From: Toensbergia leucococca
Taxonomy: Eukaryota
Assembly (NCBI GenBank): GCA_022813965.1
Contig: JALDZS010000170.1
Span: forward strand, 1-50,586
DNA length: 50,586 bases
Direction: 5' to 3'
The notes under the pieces were generated by a model that was not told the DNA's origin, did not search any database, and saw only the letters and a program-made list of their open reading frames with translations. The translations under genes and the position numbers were made by a program. Positions 12,542 through 24,033 of this stretch are shown here, piece by piece; the stretch's first letter is position 1, and each line of letters begins with the position of its first letter.

Positions 12542-14334
12542 GAATATCTGCAGATAGAACCTAACCAGCTCTATCGGCAAAAGCTTGACGGAGACAGGAC
12601 ATCGGCTATGCTCAATATAGCCTGCCGACACCCGGCTCAAAATGCCAATCTGATTGTTAACGAAGGCAGGCCGGTGTTAGGCCTAGTAATGCAAGATCAC
12701 CTTGTCTGTCACTATTGGTCTTATAATCCTCACAGCGTTGCTGATTTCTCTAGGAACCCTTTGGGCTTTCCATCGATGATAAGTTCCTAAGGATCGAGGC
12801 TGGGTTCTTAGACCCCCCATTACTTAAGTATAAGAAGAACCTAAGCAGCAGGCCAAATATTATGAACGCTTCCTGGAATTTGAGTAACCACAGCTTCGGG
12901 AAACCTCTTTTCCTACAAAACTTGCGAGTTATCCATATTTTGGAGCCGTGTGTCGATCGTACCAACTGGAACATACTTTTGGAGAGTTTTGTGAAAGAGC
13001 TCTTCAAGTATGGCCTTGGAACAAAAGCTTATAGCGTCATTGAAATGCAATCTCCAGATGTCTTGGGATTGCGTCGATCCCACGATGGAAGAGCACAATT
13101 TGCTCTTGACCTAAAGGGATTATTGACAGCTTACCAGGGGGTCGAACTCCGGGAAAGGAGGTAGTGTTGATCATTATGCCATCAAACGAAGCATGGATGT
13201 ATTCGATAATTAAGCGAGTCTTCGATGTATCTTTGGGTGTTCTTTGTCAGTGCGTGATTGCTTCAAAGTTCTCAAAGCTGCGTGGTGGTCCGTATGACTT
13301 ACAATACTTTGCCAATGTGGCCATGAAGTTCAACAAAAAACTCGGGGGAACCAATCACTGGCTTGCAGAGAAAGGCAGAGATGGGGTGCCTCGATATGGT
13401 GGCAAGGGTCTTTACATAGCCAAAGAGACTATGATCGTGGGTGCAGATGTCACTCCTCCGGATGCGAACAGCGCTCCCGGAACTCCATCTTTGTCTGCTG
13501 TTGTTGCTACTATCGATGAGCGTCTTGATCACTACCTTGGATCTATGCGTCTGCAAAACTCTAAGCAAGAGGTAAGAAAATATACTTCCTAGCCTTATGC
13601 TGGATGTAATATACATACTTATCAGCAAGTAGGAAATTGCTGGTTTAGAAGTCATGACATACCAGCGGCTGGGAGCCTGGTATGCCGCTCACAAGAGGAA
13701 GACACTGCCAAAAGCAATCCTCTTCTATCGAGACGGTGTCAGCGATAGCCAGTATCCAATGGTTCGTGACAGAGAAATACCGGCCATTCGACGTGCTTGC
13801 GAGCAGGCTGCGTGAAAAGCTAACCAACCTAATTATAAACCTCTCGTTACATTCATTGTCGTTAGTAAGAGACACAACGTACGTTTCTATCCTACAGACA
13901 AGAAAGACTCGTACGAAAGCAATATTCGAGTGACCGGAGGGCGAGGAATCAATGGTAATGTAAAGCCTGGACTGGTTGTTGACCGAGGCGTGACTTCTCC
14001 CTACTCGTTTGACTTTTACATCCAATCACACGCAGCAGTGCAAGGTCAAGCACGTCCGGCCCACTATATTGTCCTGCACGATGATACAAAGACATGGAAT
14101 GCAAAAAAACTTCAGAGAACAGTATGTGTTTCCCCACAGGCCCACGCATAGACTTATACAAGATGGCTAACGTAATTATGGACCCACGCCCTCTGCTACT
14201 GCCTCGGCTCCGCAACCAAGGGAATATCCTACACAGGCCCAGCTTACCTCGCCGACAAGCTCTGCGACCACGGCCGGTTCTACGTCAAAGAACTGCTCGA
14301 AAACGCGTGGGAACGCCCGGCTAGCTTCCTCGAT

Positions 14335-14636
14335 CGCGACTAAGAGTTCGAAACTCCTCAAGCTGAGGTCCGCCCATTGAAGGACCCTGCCTTGGTACTG
14401 CTGGCGCAGGCCGATTCGCGACGAGGAGCTTGAAACTCCTCATGCTGAGGTCCGCCCTTTCGAGGACCCTGCCGTGGTGGTACTGCTGACGCATGCCGAT
14501 TCCCGACGAGGAGTTAGAAACTCCTCCTCCTGAGCTCCGCCCATTGGAGGGCCCTGCCGTGGTACTGCTGACGCATGCCGCCTCGTGATGAGGAGTTTGA
14601 ACCTCCTCCTCCTGAGGTCCTCCCTTTTGAGGGCCA
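14335..14636. repeat. Tandem array of about 3.7 diverged 82-85 bp units
   Basis: GAA(A/C)CTCCTC recurs at 14350, 14432, 14517 and 14599 (spacings 82, 85, 82), with conserved GAGGTCCGCCC, GG(A/G)CCCTGCC and GGTACTGCTG blocks. Confidence 0.92.
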
Positions 14637-14679
14637 TCAATCAAGGCGCGGTCACGAGACCAAAACAACAAATGAAGTA

Positions 14680-14815
14680 AGAGGGCATTGCATCGGCCGT
14701 AACTCGCAATGGTATCAAGTTGAATCCCAAGGCTAATGTAGAACTTCAAGATGGACGATTTATGAGACTAATCCACATCATCAAGAACACAGTAACTTCA
14801 GACATAACTTTGCGA
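14680..14815 (+). pseudogene. Fragment resembling the N-terminal BAH-like region of RID/DmtA/Masc1 C5 methyltransferases
   Basis: RNGIKLNPKANVELQDGRFMRLIHIIKNTVTSDITLR matches my recollection of the VELxDGxFLRI...TLRG pattern upstream of the RID/DmtA methylase domain; not Argonaute-like. Recalled from memory, not searched. Confidence 0.55.
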
Positions 14816-16042
14816 GACCCAAAGGACGCCTCTGTAGCCGGGACTCTGAAAAAGCGCATGGTAGACTACGTGTCTGCCAATGCTTCTATCTGGAACACGG
14901 CCGAGTCGTCTGAGTGGGGTCCTTGGCACAAGAGTCTGCAGGATACTATGTTCTACATTTAGGGCAATGGCGAAGTGATAGTACGGAGACCGAAAGCGTG
15001 TTAGAAGATTGTGGGTGATGGGAGAAAAATAGGGGCTTCAATTCAAAAGCATCGGATTGGGGGGCTCATCGCTGTGATTGTCCCATTTCCTACTATGTTG
15101 GCCGCGCTGTACGAGAAATGGAGCTTTTAAGCTCTAGATTCTTATTGCACACCTAGGTAGAAGAAGATATAGCACTCATCTACGGGCGCATCCATACTAA
15201 CGGTATCCCACGAGCGTGTCTGGAAGTATTCACCTCAGTCAGAAACATGAGGTATCTCCACTCGAAATATCCAACACTAATACCCCCACCCCCAACCCCA
15301 AGCAGAACGCACTCTCACATACGACCAACCATGAACCCTCCTTCTCACCTACCAATATCCCAAACACTCCCACCCCTCTCAAGAAACCAAAAAAAAAAAC
15401 ACAGCACCAAAGCTTCAAAAGCACAGCGCATCTCCAAAAAAAAAAAAAAAACGCACAAATACTTGCATCGAGACAGTGAAAAAGCTATGAGCGAAACTAC
15501 CTATTCTCCTATTCCTAATCAGATTATTAGCTTCGTCCTGCCTACCTATCTTGGCTTTATAGCTATATCAGCACGGATATGTATAGGAAAGCAGAGTAGA
15601 TGTTCTTGAAAGGGGGAGGTGAGGAATTCGTATTGGCCGAGTCCAGCTGTGGAGAACACAAGGGCGAGGTATAAGGAGGAGGAGGAGGTAGAAAGAAGAA
15701 AATCCAACAGGCTGCCTATATCCAATTCTCATGCCATCATAGCAGCTCATCGCTCAAAGAAACAGCCAGCGGGCAGAGAGAGAGAAACCCCCCATTTATC
15801 CAAGGTCCGCATCAAAAACTCATATCGATAACATTCATACAAAAAACAGGCATCATCCCCAAAGAGAAAAAACAAGTTCATCAGCAACGAGGAAAGAAAC
15901 GACATTGTCATTTCAAGCCCAACTTCAGCCATGCTCCGTGTCTAGAGAAGGCAACGCTCTTTTGAAAGTAGAGTTTGGGGGGTATCATGAACACGCTCCT
16001 TCTAAAATACAACTCCCCATCCCTCCCCAGCCGCACCACCTC

Positions 16043-17305
16043 TCACTCAGGCAGCCCCCTCATAACCCCTTCAAACGCCACCAAAGCCATCGCATTCGCC
16101 GGAAACGCCCTCAAAAAACACGGTACAAACCCCCTCCAAAAACCCCTAACCCCGCCACCCTTCCAAATATCCCCAGCAGCATCCCCCCATCTCTTAAATC
16201 GCCTGTCCCCATCCTTCAAAGCGCCCCCTAAAGGATCGGTCATGATGCGTTGCTTGACAACATCTGAGGGATAGGCTGTTAGCCAGAAGAGCTGGGCGGA
16301 GATGCCGCCAGCGAGGAAGTTGATAGAGGGGGTGGAGAGGGCGGTGTGAGTGGTTAGGGCGCTGGTAAGGAGGTCGTAGCTGCCCCACCAGAAGAAGAAG
16401 AAGGAGCGGAAGAGGAGGGTTGCGCTGAGGCCGTGATATAGGCCGCGGAGACCGTGGGCGCGATACTGTGTTTAAAAGTGATTAGTTGCGAACAAGGGTA
16501 GTGGTGAAAAGGGGCGCATACGATCTTTCTAGTACAGTCAATTGGACCGCTGTAAAAGCGCTTTGTTTTATCGGCTGCGTATTGGATTTGGAGTCGTGCT
16601 TTAATGTGCTCTACTGGCGCGGCGATGAAGCTGACTGTCCATCCTGCTAGAACACCTGCTAGGGCGTGGCCGAGAGTGGGGAGCTTGGTGGGGGCATGCT
16701 CGGAGTTGAGGTCGGAAGAGCGGATAGCAGAGAGGCTTATTGGGCGGAGAGAGGGGTTTGTGAACAGGTTTTCATTGAGGAAGCGGCGGTAAAATGTCAG
16801 GGAGCCTAGCATTCTGGATTGGGAGAATCTGTAAGTAAGATAGGATGAAGGGGGAAAAAGAGGGTTTGTACATGGAATCCATGAACATCCATCCTATTAG
16901 TGGGGGCGTTGCTCCTTTGTATAGTCCCCTTACTCCTTCTGATTTGATGGTGCTTTGCAGGCAGTCAAGAGCGCCGTGGAATTGGGTGTTGGTTTGCAAT
17001 CGAACCTTTAGGGTATCGAAGCTGCGGCATGGTCAATGGAGGTTTCTCTTTGAGAGCTCTTCTGATTCAATCATGGAGACGTACGGATGCCCCACTAAAA
17101 CAATGTCAGCACAAGCCCAAATCAGCAAATAGGTCAGTAGAGAAGACTCACCACTCAGCTTCGCAATACCTGAGAACACACCAGCAACAAAGCCTTTGTA
17201 GTTCTTGTGGACTGCACTCCGGGCAGGTTGGCCTTGGCCCAGGGCTTCTTTGGATGCATCTTTACTATCTGGGTTTGCGATAGAGCTGTTTACGGTTGCG
17301 GACAT
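16043..17305 (-). CDS. Mitochondrial carrier family protein (Ymc1/carnitine-carrier-like)
   Basis: Three PX[DE]XX[KR] repeats: [52 protein letters not shown]; includes a 10-nt micro-exon at 17085-17094. Confidence 0.93.
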
Positions 17306-17744
17306 TGGCAGCTAGGAAAGAAGAAGTGGAGAACGAGAGTGCGTAGGGAGTTAGGCATGAGTTCAGTAGGTAGCCACAATACCTGATAATGCTTTAGGAA
17401 TTAGTATCAAAATAAGAAAAGAATCCTTCTTAGTAATGTTGTTGGTGTATCCGTATCTACCGGGATGCAATGATCTCATCTCTCATCCGATCGAAAGCGA
17501 AACCTCACTTGCGGGAGATCGACATGCAGCTTCAACCATTCAATAAATTGAAACGTCCAAATCGATATCATTGGATATCCTCCCTCCTCCCTCCTCCGTT
17601 CCACGCCATATTGACCGCTGGTTGGATGATGGGATGGTGGGGTATCTGATACGTTGATGATGTTTTCTTCCTACCCTCTCCTTCTTGACACTTCTTAGAA
17701 TACCTAATCCACCACATCTCCATCACCGCCACTCCGCCCTTACC

Positions 17745-18797
17745 ATGGCCGAATCGACCAACCCCGATGCCACCCCTGTTGTCGACTCCAGGAAAGGTAG
17801 ATATATCTCCAAAGTCTCGCCGAGTCTTCACTCACCAAACCCCCACAGTTTGGACAACCCTCATAACCAACACGAAATACCTCTCTGGCCTCCTCAACCT
17901 AGACTACTCTCTCAAAAAGCAAAAATCGGCCTACCCTCTAATAGCCCTCTACACCGACACCTTCCCGACAGAAGGCCACCACGCCCTCGACATCCGCAAG
18001 ATCCCCAAGAAGCGGGTCAACTATCTTCTCCCATCTGTACACAAAGACTATAGCAATGACACTCGTTTCTATGATTGCTGGAGCAAACTCACACCCTTCT
18101 CCTTGACCGAATATGACCGCGTCGTACAACTTGATAGCGACATGCTCATTTTCAAAAACATGGACGAGCTCATGGACTTGGAGCTGGACCCGCCTAGCAG
18201 CGAAGGCAAAGGGGACAGAGTCTTCGCAGCAAGCCATGCCTGTGTTTGCAATCCTTTGAAGAAACCTCACTATCCCAAAGATTGGCAAGTACCCTAATAC
18301 TCCGCCCCATAAACCTCTCGACTAACCCCCCCATCAGGATCCCCGCTAATTGCGCCTTCACAACCCAACACCCCAACCCCACCAACGCTCAAAATTACGG
18401 CGCCCCCGCAAGCTCCGGCCTCGGAATGCCCAACGGCGGTCTCCAAGTCGTCAACCCATCCCAAGCCCTTTACACGCTGATCGTAACGCGGCTGTCCGCC
18501 TCCGCTGCTGTGTCCAACTACGAATTCGCCGACCAATCTCTCCTCTCCGACCTCTTCGGCGGACGCTGGGTGGCATTACCATATATATACAATGCACTCA
18601 AGCCGATGCGGAGGTCGGATGTGCATGGGGCTATTTGGCGGGATGACCAAGTGAAGAACCTGCATTATTTACTTACACCGAAGCCATGGGATGAGAAGCC
18701 GGGAGAGGAGAGTGAGGAGACGCATGTATGGTGGTGGGAGGTGAATCAAGAGAGGTTAGCTAGGGAGAAAGGGGAGGGGGTCGAGGATGGGTTCTGA
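17745..18797 (+). CDS. Glycosyltransferase family 8 protein
   Basis: VWTTLITNTKYLSGL, CWSKLTPFSLTEYDRVVQLDSDML (DxD), FADQSLLSDLF, HYLLTPKPW; two introns. Confidence 0.93.
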
Positions 18798-19417
18798 AGG
18801 TTGAGTAGCTTAGATGATCAAGCGCCGGAACATGCTCAACGCACGCCGACGGGTTGCAGTGAAACACTGTCCACGGCAATTTCAGGTATAACAAAGCTCC
18901 TTCACTCTGACGCGTAGGGGTAGCAACTCTGTCAGAAGATAGATCATTTGGCTCTCTTCCGACACTTCCAAAGTTACAAATCAACCTCAAGCAAACCCTT
19001 TCTTTGGCCTCCCCCTCTCTTTACTTCTAGACTCTCTGAATTTTACTTCGGCATGTCATTATAACAATAAGTCTACTGTTAACTTAGGCTTGAAAGCTCC
19101 ATCGCGCCACTTTCCTACAACGAGTTTTGATTGAAGGCTTTCATGGGATGAACGAGCTGTGCCCTCCAAATTGGGACGCCGAGTCGTGCGGGGTTCAATC
19201 AAAACGCAAGGTTGCAACAGGATCGAAAGGCTGAGGGTCCAGATATGAGAAAGTGGTAGCCTGGTGCTCTGTGAAACACTTGATATGGAATATATATTGA
19301 ATGCTCTAAGACCATCAAAGACGTAAACCAAGTCACAACCTCAGCAAGTCAAGAGACATTACTGCAAACACTGTCAGGTAGAGCCGCATCGTATGAAAGG
19401 CCGGAGAGCATTCAACA

Positions 19418-22088
19418 ATGGACCCGCTATCAGTCTCTACAGCAATCCTCACAATTCTCAACGCAGTCTCCGTCACCATCAAGGCAGTAGAAGCCTTTCG
19501 CAACGCTCCCAAGGAACTTGAAAAGCTGATGGAAGAACTTGAGCACATTACAAATGTTGCAAACCATATCAACGCACTGACAAAGTGTCGCGACTTTCCT
19601 GACGTCAATCTCTCACTCTGCTTGTCTCGAGCACACGCAAAATTGGGGAACGCTCAGGCTGTGGTTGAGAAACGCCTGGCCCAAAAGACACACAAGGGCG
19701 TCTTTTCGCTCAGACTAACAACATGGCTGCATCAAAAAAGCCACATCGAGCAGCTAACCCAAGATTTGATGTGCATGAGGCATGATCTAACAGCAACACT
19801 AGATATTCTAAACCTGTCGGTGTTGATCTCCACAGCAGAAATGATTGAATACAAGATGTTGTTGCCACTGACATTTATATAGATCGTCAGTGGTACAAGT
19901 TCAAGATCAACTGCAGAGTCTACTGGCACAACCACACGCAAACACTCGGCTATTACAGATCGAGCAACGTACTGTTCAAGGATGGACGTCCATTCCCGCA
20001 CCACTGGCCGAAAGCGAATGTCCTCAATTAGAAAACGAAGGGAATGTTGATACACCTGAAGGAGCGGTCAAGAGATCCAAGCAAAGAGGGAACAACTCGC
20101 CAGCTTTCAGGCATGAGTCTCAGGAGTTAGTATCAGGAGCTGAACAGCAGCTAAATCAACTGGCCACGACAACGCTCAAACTGCGCAACGAGGCTGTTGA
20201 TAATCAGCACGTGGTAGGGCAACGACCTTACAACGATCGTCCTGAGCTGCAAGAATATCGCTCAAGAATCTCGCGTTTAGTTGAGCTACCCCTCACGCCT
20301 TTACCTACAGGGGAACGGGCTCTCCCGGATTCGGAAACAGCCGAAGTTAGGCCGAGAAAACCATCTCCTATTGCAATTCAAGACGACAGCTATGGCTTTA
20401 CCAATATTGCCGAAGAAATAGAGGCCCTTGCAGTGTGTGTCGAGGCTGCTTCGGAATTCTCGCAAGATTTCTTGGAGTCGATCTACGATCAGTACCTCCA
20501 TACTCCATGTTCCAGCGCGCCGGATTACCACTTTGAATTGTCCTCGAATTTCTTCCCCGAGCAGTACGTCTCCCATGAACCTTTCCATAAACGTATTACC
20601 GTCTTGAGTATGGTCGAGCTAGGCTCTAGAGGAGAGCAGCGACTAGACAAATATTGCCTATTATTCGCGGAGACTCCTCGTCGCTGGAGGAGAGTGACTG
20701 TGACAGCTGCTAGTCTCGTAAGGTCAGAAGAAGCCGTCAGGTCAACTGTATCGACAACATTGCTCTTTGCAGAGTTACAGTGCAAGATTTTGCCAGGAGT
20801 AGTCCAGCCGCTCCTGGAAAAGCTTTTACCTTCTATTGATTTTGCTGATACAGTGACAAAAGTATCCATCAGCCTGAAAATGCAGGGACCAGGGCCGGTC
20901 GGTTTTGATTTGTCAAGGATTAGCGTAGGAGAAGACTTCGAGGAAGCTGAGGCATGCGAAAGCTCCGAGTATTTACACGACATTGACAACATGGGCTGCC
21001 CCCAGTTCTTGGAGAGTGAAATCGTAGTCTACCAGCGCATGTCAGCATCAACGTACCTAGTGCTTGCAGAATCACAACTCTGTATCGAATGGAAAGCGAG
21101 ATTCGGAGAATCTGGGACTTTGGAAAGCCATCCATTCAAGACTTGGATAAATAACCTGAAGATTTTACGCCACATCGAAGGCTGTGAGGGAGTGGCAAAG
21201 TTCGTTGGTGTCGTTGTAGACGACGGGAGAAGGCATATCAAGAGCTATCTACAGGAATACGTTGGACCTAGTATCAAATCTATATTTGAAAAGTCCCAGG
21301 CAAACGACGCAATGATATCTTGGAGAATAAGAGAAACATGGGCTAAGCAAATCATCCAAGCAGTTGCGGAAGTTCACAGGAGGGGAATAATTATCCAGCG
21401 ATTACATCTCAGGAGCATAGGTATTGATGACCAAAAGAAAGCTGTGCTTACAGACCTCATTTTGGGATCATGGAAGGACCATCAAGGATTGGTGCCACCA
21501 GAGTTCCGCCGTTCTGTTACCCTAGGACCAATGCTGCCTGATCACAAAGGGACCTTCCGTACAGACATTTATCAACTGGGCCTTCTGCTTTATCTGATGG
21601 CAGAACATTGTCCGACGCCGCTTGGGATTTATTGTAAGAAAGCTGGATGCAAAAGCATTCCGTGGTACAGATGTACCGCTGAACACAGCAATCCCATCAC
21701 GCTTCCTCGTTGTGGTCCTGACGTTCCTTCCTACTTTAACGACATCATCTCAGCATGTCGATGCGCTGATCCTCAAGAAAGGTTTTCCGCCGCTAGCCTG
21801 CTACAGCTGTTCCCGCCAAGCTCGCCATCTGAGCCTGAGAGTGATGAAGATGATTCATGGTTGGGAAATCTCTCTCCTGTTGACCCGGTGCAATGTTTTA
21901 TACATTGTGATGGGTGTGGCGACCTTACAACAGATCATCATTATCACTGCAATGTTTGCGACAGCGGGGAGCTCGACTTTTGTGTGTGGTGTTTTCTTGG
22001 CGGTATCTCATGCTGGGACGAGACTCATACTTTGGTGAGGCGAGTCTTGAAGAATGGTATGATCATCAATGATACAGGTTCCACTTGA
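19418..22088 (+). CDS. HeLo-like N-terminal helical domain + protein-kinase-like (pseudokinase) domain + ZZ-type zinc finger
   Basis: Exon 1 MDPLSVSTAILTIL..FRNAPKELEKLMEEL..; intron ~19816-19882 (GTCGGT..CTGAC..TAG); exon 2 kinase-fold motifs (WAKQIIQAVAEVH, PPE, TDIYQLGLLL, CRCADPQERFSA) and CDGC..YHCNVC..DFC..C..H. Confidence 0.85.
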
Positions 22089-24033
22089 GCTGGCTATTCT
22101 CCTTTCGAATTGGTATGGGTCAGGTTTTGAACCAAGTATGTGGACGTTTAATGTAGGTTACGCCTTTTTCAGTGCCTCACTTTAAGCAATTCTCTGCCTT
22201 GTGTTCTTTTCCCCCTATTCAGCTAAAGACTCAAATAATGACCTCGTCCTTTTCCAACATAGAATTCACCGCGTGAAGATCTAGCAAGCGCACTAATAGT
22301 AAATATTTTTCAAAAAAGGGAAGATTCAGAAGTGAGATTGAGTCTTCAACGCGGTGACTGGCGTCTTGGGTTGCGGGGAATGTAGACTTTGTCAAACAGT
22401 CACCGCAATCTAGGGCTCACATTTCCCCCCTACACTCTCCCCCACTCTGAAGAAGGGCAGCTTATATTAAATCCCCCGCTAAAGTAATCATCAATTGTCT
22501 CAAACGAAGCCTAACAACACAAACTCTCAACCTTGAATCAAAAAGCCAAAAAAAAACGTACAAAACGAAACAGAAATTCAGGGCTATATGATATGATACT
22601 TCCAATCATGTTCCACAAACACATTCAAACAAGCAAGCACAAGAAGTAAAAATAAATCAAACCACACAAAAGTGTCCAAAAAAACAAAAGGGGATGACTT
22701 TTCCTTAAGAATCTGAGCCTGTGAGAAACGAGGGCTGTTGAACTCTCCCCTTGGCAAAAAAAGCAAGAGAGAGATCGGACGAGGGGCTGAGTTTGTGGGT
22801 TGTGAAATATATAAATCAAAGCAGCGGAATGTTTGCTGGAAGTTTGGCCCCGCCCGCCGAAAAAAAACAGGAAAGGCGGGACTTGGACTTTTTTTACGAT
22901 TTGTTGAAAACACGACATCCACGGACTTTGTGACCGCTTGACCTTCTATAAGGGCCACACTGGGTTTGACATCACAAAAAGCTAATGCTTCGGCTCTACT
23001 AAATACTTCCGAAAAAGTCCCCCCCTGCGCGCCGCCCTTCCAAGCAACCGAGCCTTTTCACAGGTCTTGTGAACTGGTCACATAATCAAAAACCCTTCCC
23101 TGCTAATCAGTATGGAGCAAGGAGTGTCTAAACATGAAAATGAATAATCAACTGTTCTTAACACCAAGCCTGGCTAATTTGAACACGTGATTGCTCAATG
23201 GACGTAGCATTCGTAAGCTCCTAGGCCTCTTGATTCCCACGCTCTGGGGAAATTTCAGAAGAGTATCACTAACCCCCAACTCATTGAGCACCATCATGAC
23301 CGCTTTCAATGGTCTGAAATAACGTAGATTTCATAGCCGCCTGACTTTTGGTGTTCCTATATCCGTTCAATTCTTCTCTCGTTTGGAAACCCACTATTGA
23401 GGTTTAGGATCGATATTTATATGAATAGAAGATCATTGAGGAATCGCTGATCATTTGGATAGATGAATTTTGGATTAAATAATGGGTCGAAAGACTCTCT
23501 ATTTATTATTACTTTTGATGGGATACCACCTCATCTATATACCTAACGCCCAATGAAAACACAAGCCAGATGGAAACATATGAGGGGATCATTTCCGAGG
23601 TAATCCGTCAGGGCATATGACTTCCCCTCAGCAGACTCCTCATTTTCCCCTCATCTTTCCATGGTATTCGCGATTACTAGATAACATCAACACCCACTTC
23701 GTCACTCCCTTTATGATAATACTCCGAGTTTGCTTTTCCGACAAGTTGATGTAGGCCTTGCTCGGACTCATCTTGAATTCCCTCCGGTTTTCGCAGCGTG
23801 GCAAGATATGCAGCTCTCAGCGGGTTCGCCCGTCACTGTTATGCTACTGACCGGTAGGTAGGCTGATGTTGCGCGCCGATTTTTGAACGAATTGGTTCTA
23901 ATGGTGGACTGACTAGATGGGGATTTGTTGCCTCGGTAGGTACTGCTGATGGCAATGATGTTGAAGTTGAGGTGGCGTAAGATAGCTACCATCAAGCTGG
24001 CCCAACTTGATCCTTACTTGCTGACGAGAACGA

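Larger units (their letters stand above)
9308..14962 (+). pseudogene. Argonaute (QDE-2-like) pseudogene interrupted by two insertions
   Basis: L1 (QVGANRFF..RGYYVSTRP..LLNINNATSAF), PAZ (LKGVK; LPLMNV..WIPP/EYLQI), L2, MID (QYFANVAMKFNKKLGGTNH), PIWI (MIVGADVT; FYRDGVSDSQY; PGLVVDRGVT; DFYIQSHAAVQGQARPAHY; PAYLADKLC) and C-terminus DTMFYI*. Lesions: stops/frameshifts at ~9830-10440, frameshift at ~13150, last intron acceptor reads TGG instead of TAG (~14179-14181). Confidence 0.93.

Noticed and set aside
11169..12542. Insertion 1 removed as an intron (GTCAAT...GAG)
   Set aside because: Weak sites, and that splice would shift the frame relative to EYLQ.
14335..14636. CRISPR array or tRNA genes
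   Set aside because: Eukaryotic context, whole units repeat with no unique spacers, and no acceptor stem or 7-nt anticodon loop can be formed.
22265..23200. MITE in the spacer after the pseudokinase (GCGGTGACTG/CAGTCACCGC inverted pair)
   Set aside because: Only a 10-bp local inverted repeat, with no TSD or second copy.
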